64,000 nt of DNA from Patescibacteria group bacterium (GTDB lineage Bacteria; Patescibacteriota; WWE3; 0-14-0-20-40-13). A model generated the notes under the pieces. It was not told the DNA's origin and made no database searches. It was given only the letters and a program-made list of their open reading frames with translations. Numbering within the stretch: position 1 is the stretch's first letter; the number at the start of each line of letters is the position of its first letter. Both the position numbers and the translations under genes were made by a program. Below are positions 63,152 to 64,000 of this stretch, one piece after another. The stretch covers positions 2,941-66,940 of the forward strand of contig JAHINB010000006.1 of NCBI GenBank assembly GCA_018896215.1. The letters are read 5' to 3'.

Positions 63152-64000
63152 TTTTAAACCAATTGATAGTTTTTAATAATCCATTCTCTAAAGAATTTTC
63201 GGGTTGCCACCCCAAAATCTCTTTGGCTCTTGCGATACTGGATAGCATCATATCTGCCTCCCCAACTCTATCTGGAAACACTCCAAGATTTATGGTTGAT
63301 TTGCTTTTACACAGCTCTACAATTTTCCTCGCTAAATACTCTAATTTGTAAGATTTACCCCCACCTAAATTAAATTCCAAACCCAAAGCCTTTTTTGACA
63401 GCGCAATTTTTACCAGCCCACTCACGGCATCTTCCACAAAAATATAATCTCTTTCTTTTTGACCAGAATTTAGATCGATATTTTCTCCCCGTAAGGCTTT
63501 GTTTATTATGGTCGGTATTAATCTAGTATTTTGCTGAAAACTCCCATAGGCAGTTGACATCCGAACGATTGAATAATCTAAATTGCATACGGTTTTGTAA
63601 TATTTACAAAAACTTTCACCTGCCACTTTAGAAATTGCATAAGGAGAAGGTGGTAAAAGCGGTTGATTTTCTTTGTAGGGTGTTTTGGAATTGCCATAAA
63701 CCTCTTGGGTGCTCATAAATACAATCTTAGAAACCTTTGCTTGCACACACGCCTCTAGCACATTAAGAGCGCCCTTGATATTAATGTCCACACAGTTTTG
63801 AGCGACTTTAAAATCACGCGAGAGGTCTACTAACGCCCCAAGATGAAAAACTACCTCGGGATTAAATTCCAAAAAAGCCCCTTTAATTTGCTCAAAATCC
63901 CTTAAATCAACAGTTTCGTCTAGACCGCAAACAGTAGCTCCAAGGGATTCCAAATTATGCACCAGATTTTGACCAACAAACCCACTTGCCCCAGTAACGA
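63144..64000 (-). CDS. NAD-dependent epimerase/dehydratase (partial, 5' end outside window)
   Basis: Frame stays open to the window edge: VTGASGFVGQNLVHNL..., SPYAISK (YxxxK), RDYIFVED. Upstream of rfbH, so possibly a 3,6-dideoxyhexose reductase. Confidence 0.85.
   Translation of the reverse strand, partial: VTGASGFVGQNLVHNLESLGATVCGLDETVDLRDFEQIKGAFLEFNPEVVFHLGALVDLSRDFKVAQNCVDINIKGALNVLEACVQAKVSKIVFMSTQEVYGNSKTPYKENQPLLPPSPYAISKVAGESFCKYYKTVCNLDYSIVRMSTAYGSFQQNTRLIPTIINKALRGENIDLNSGQKERDYIFVEDAVSGLVKIALSKKALGLEFNLGGGKSYKLEYLARKIVELCKSKSTINLGVFPDRVGEADMMLSSIARAKEILGWQPENSLENGLLKTINWFKNG

Noticed and set aside
1-64000. Alternative genetic code (UGA read-through)
   Set aside because: Several genes end at TGA directly before the next gene, and the long ORFs are intact under the standard code.

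Overview
AT-rich (about 35% GC by eye), very gene-dense bacterial DNA using the standard stop codons. Gene content (a DUF4012 gene, many multi-TM hypothetical glycosyltransferases, few Shine-Dalgarno sites) suggests a Patescibacteria/CPR genome such as WWE3 or Microgenomates; this is inference. Almost the whole window is one cell-surface glycosylation locus that runs off both ends. It holds about 17 GT-C-fold-like membrane glycosyltransferases, including an O-antigen-ligase/ArnT fusion, a four-member HPGVT paralogue family, two giant AftD/DUF3367-like proteins and a YfhO protein. It also has 6 GT2 genes (4 polyprenol-phosphate sugar synthase-like), 8 GT4-type genes, a priming phosphoglycosyl transferase, MurJ-like and UPF0104 flippase candidates, sugar-nucleotide enzymes (RmlD, RfbH, DegT, two SDR epimerases), three methyltransferases and three Gmm-like Nudix genes. 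Sequence-level structure the genes do not explain: (i) an AAA_14/DUF4143 ATPase cassette flanked by a perfect 26-bp direct repeat that duplicates a host gene's 3' end; (ii) two high-GC Nudix cassettes, each with its own promoter, a strong RBS and a shared 52-nt hairpin with a compensatory base-pair change, separated by a duplicated gene 3' end; (iii) a 70-nt hairpin element in two copies 38.6 kb apart; (iv) several families of short palindromes and 7-/9-mer tandem repeats lying in-frame in loops of unrelated proteins or supplying stop codons. No rRNA, tRNA, CRISPR array, integrase or transposase was recognised. All family calls come from motif recognition by eye, not database searches.
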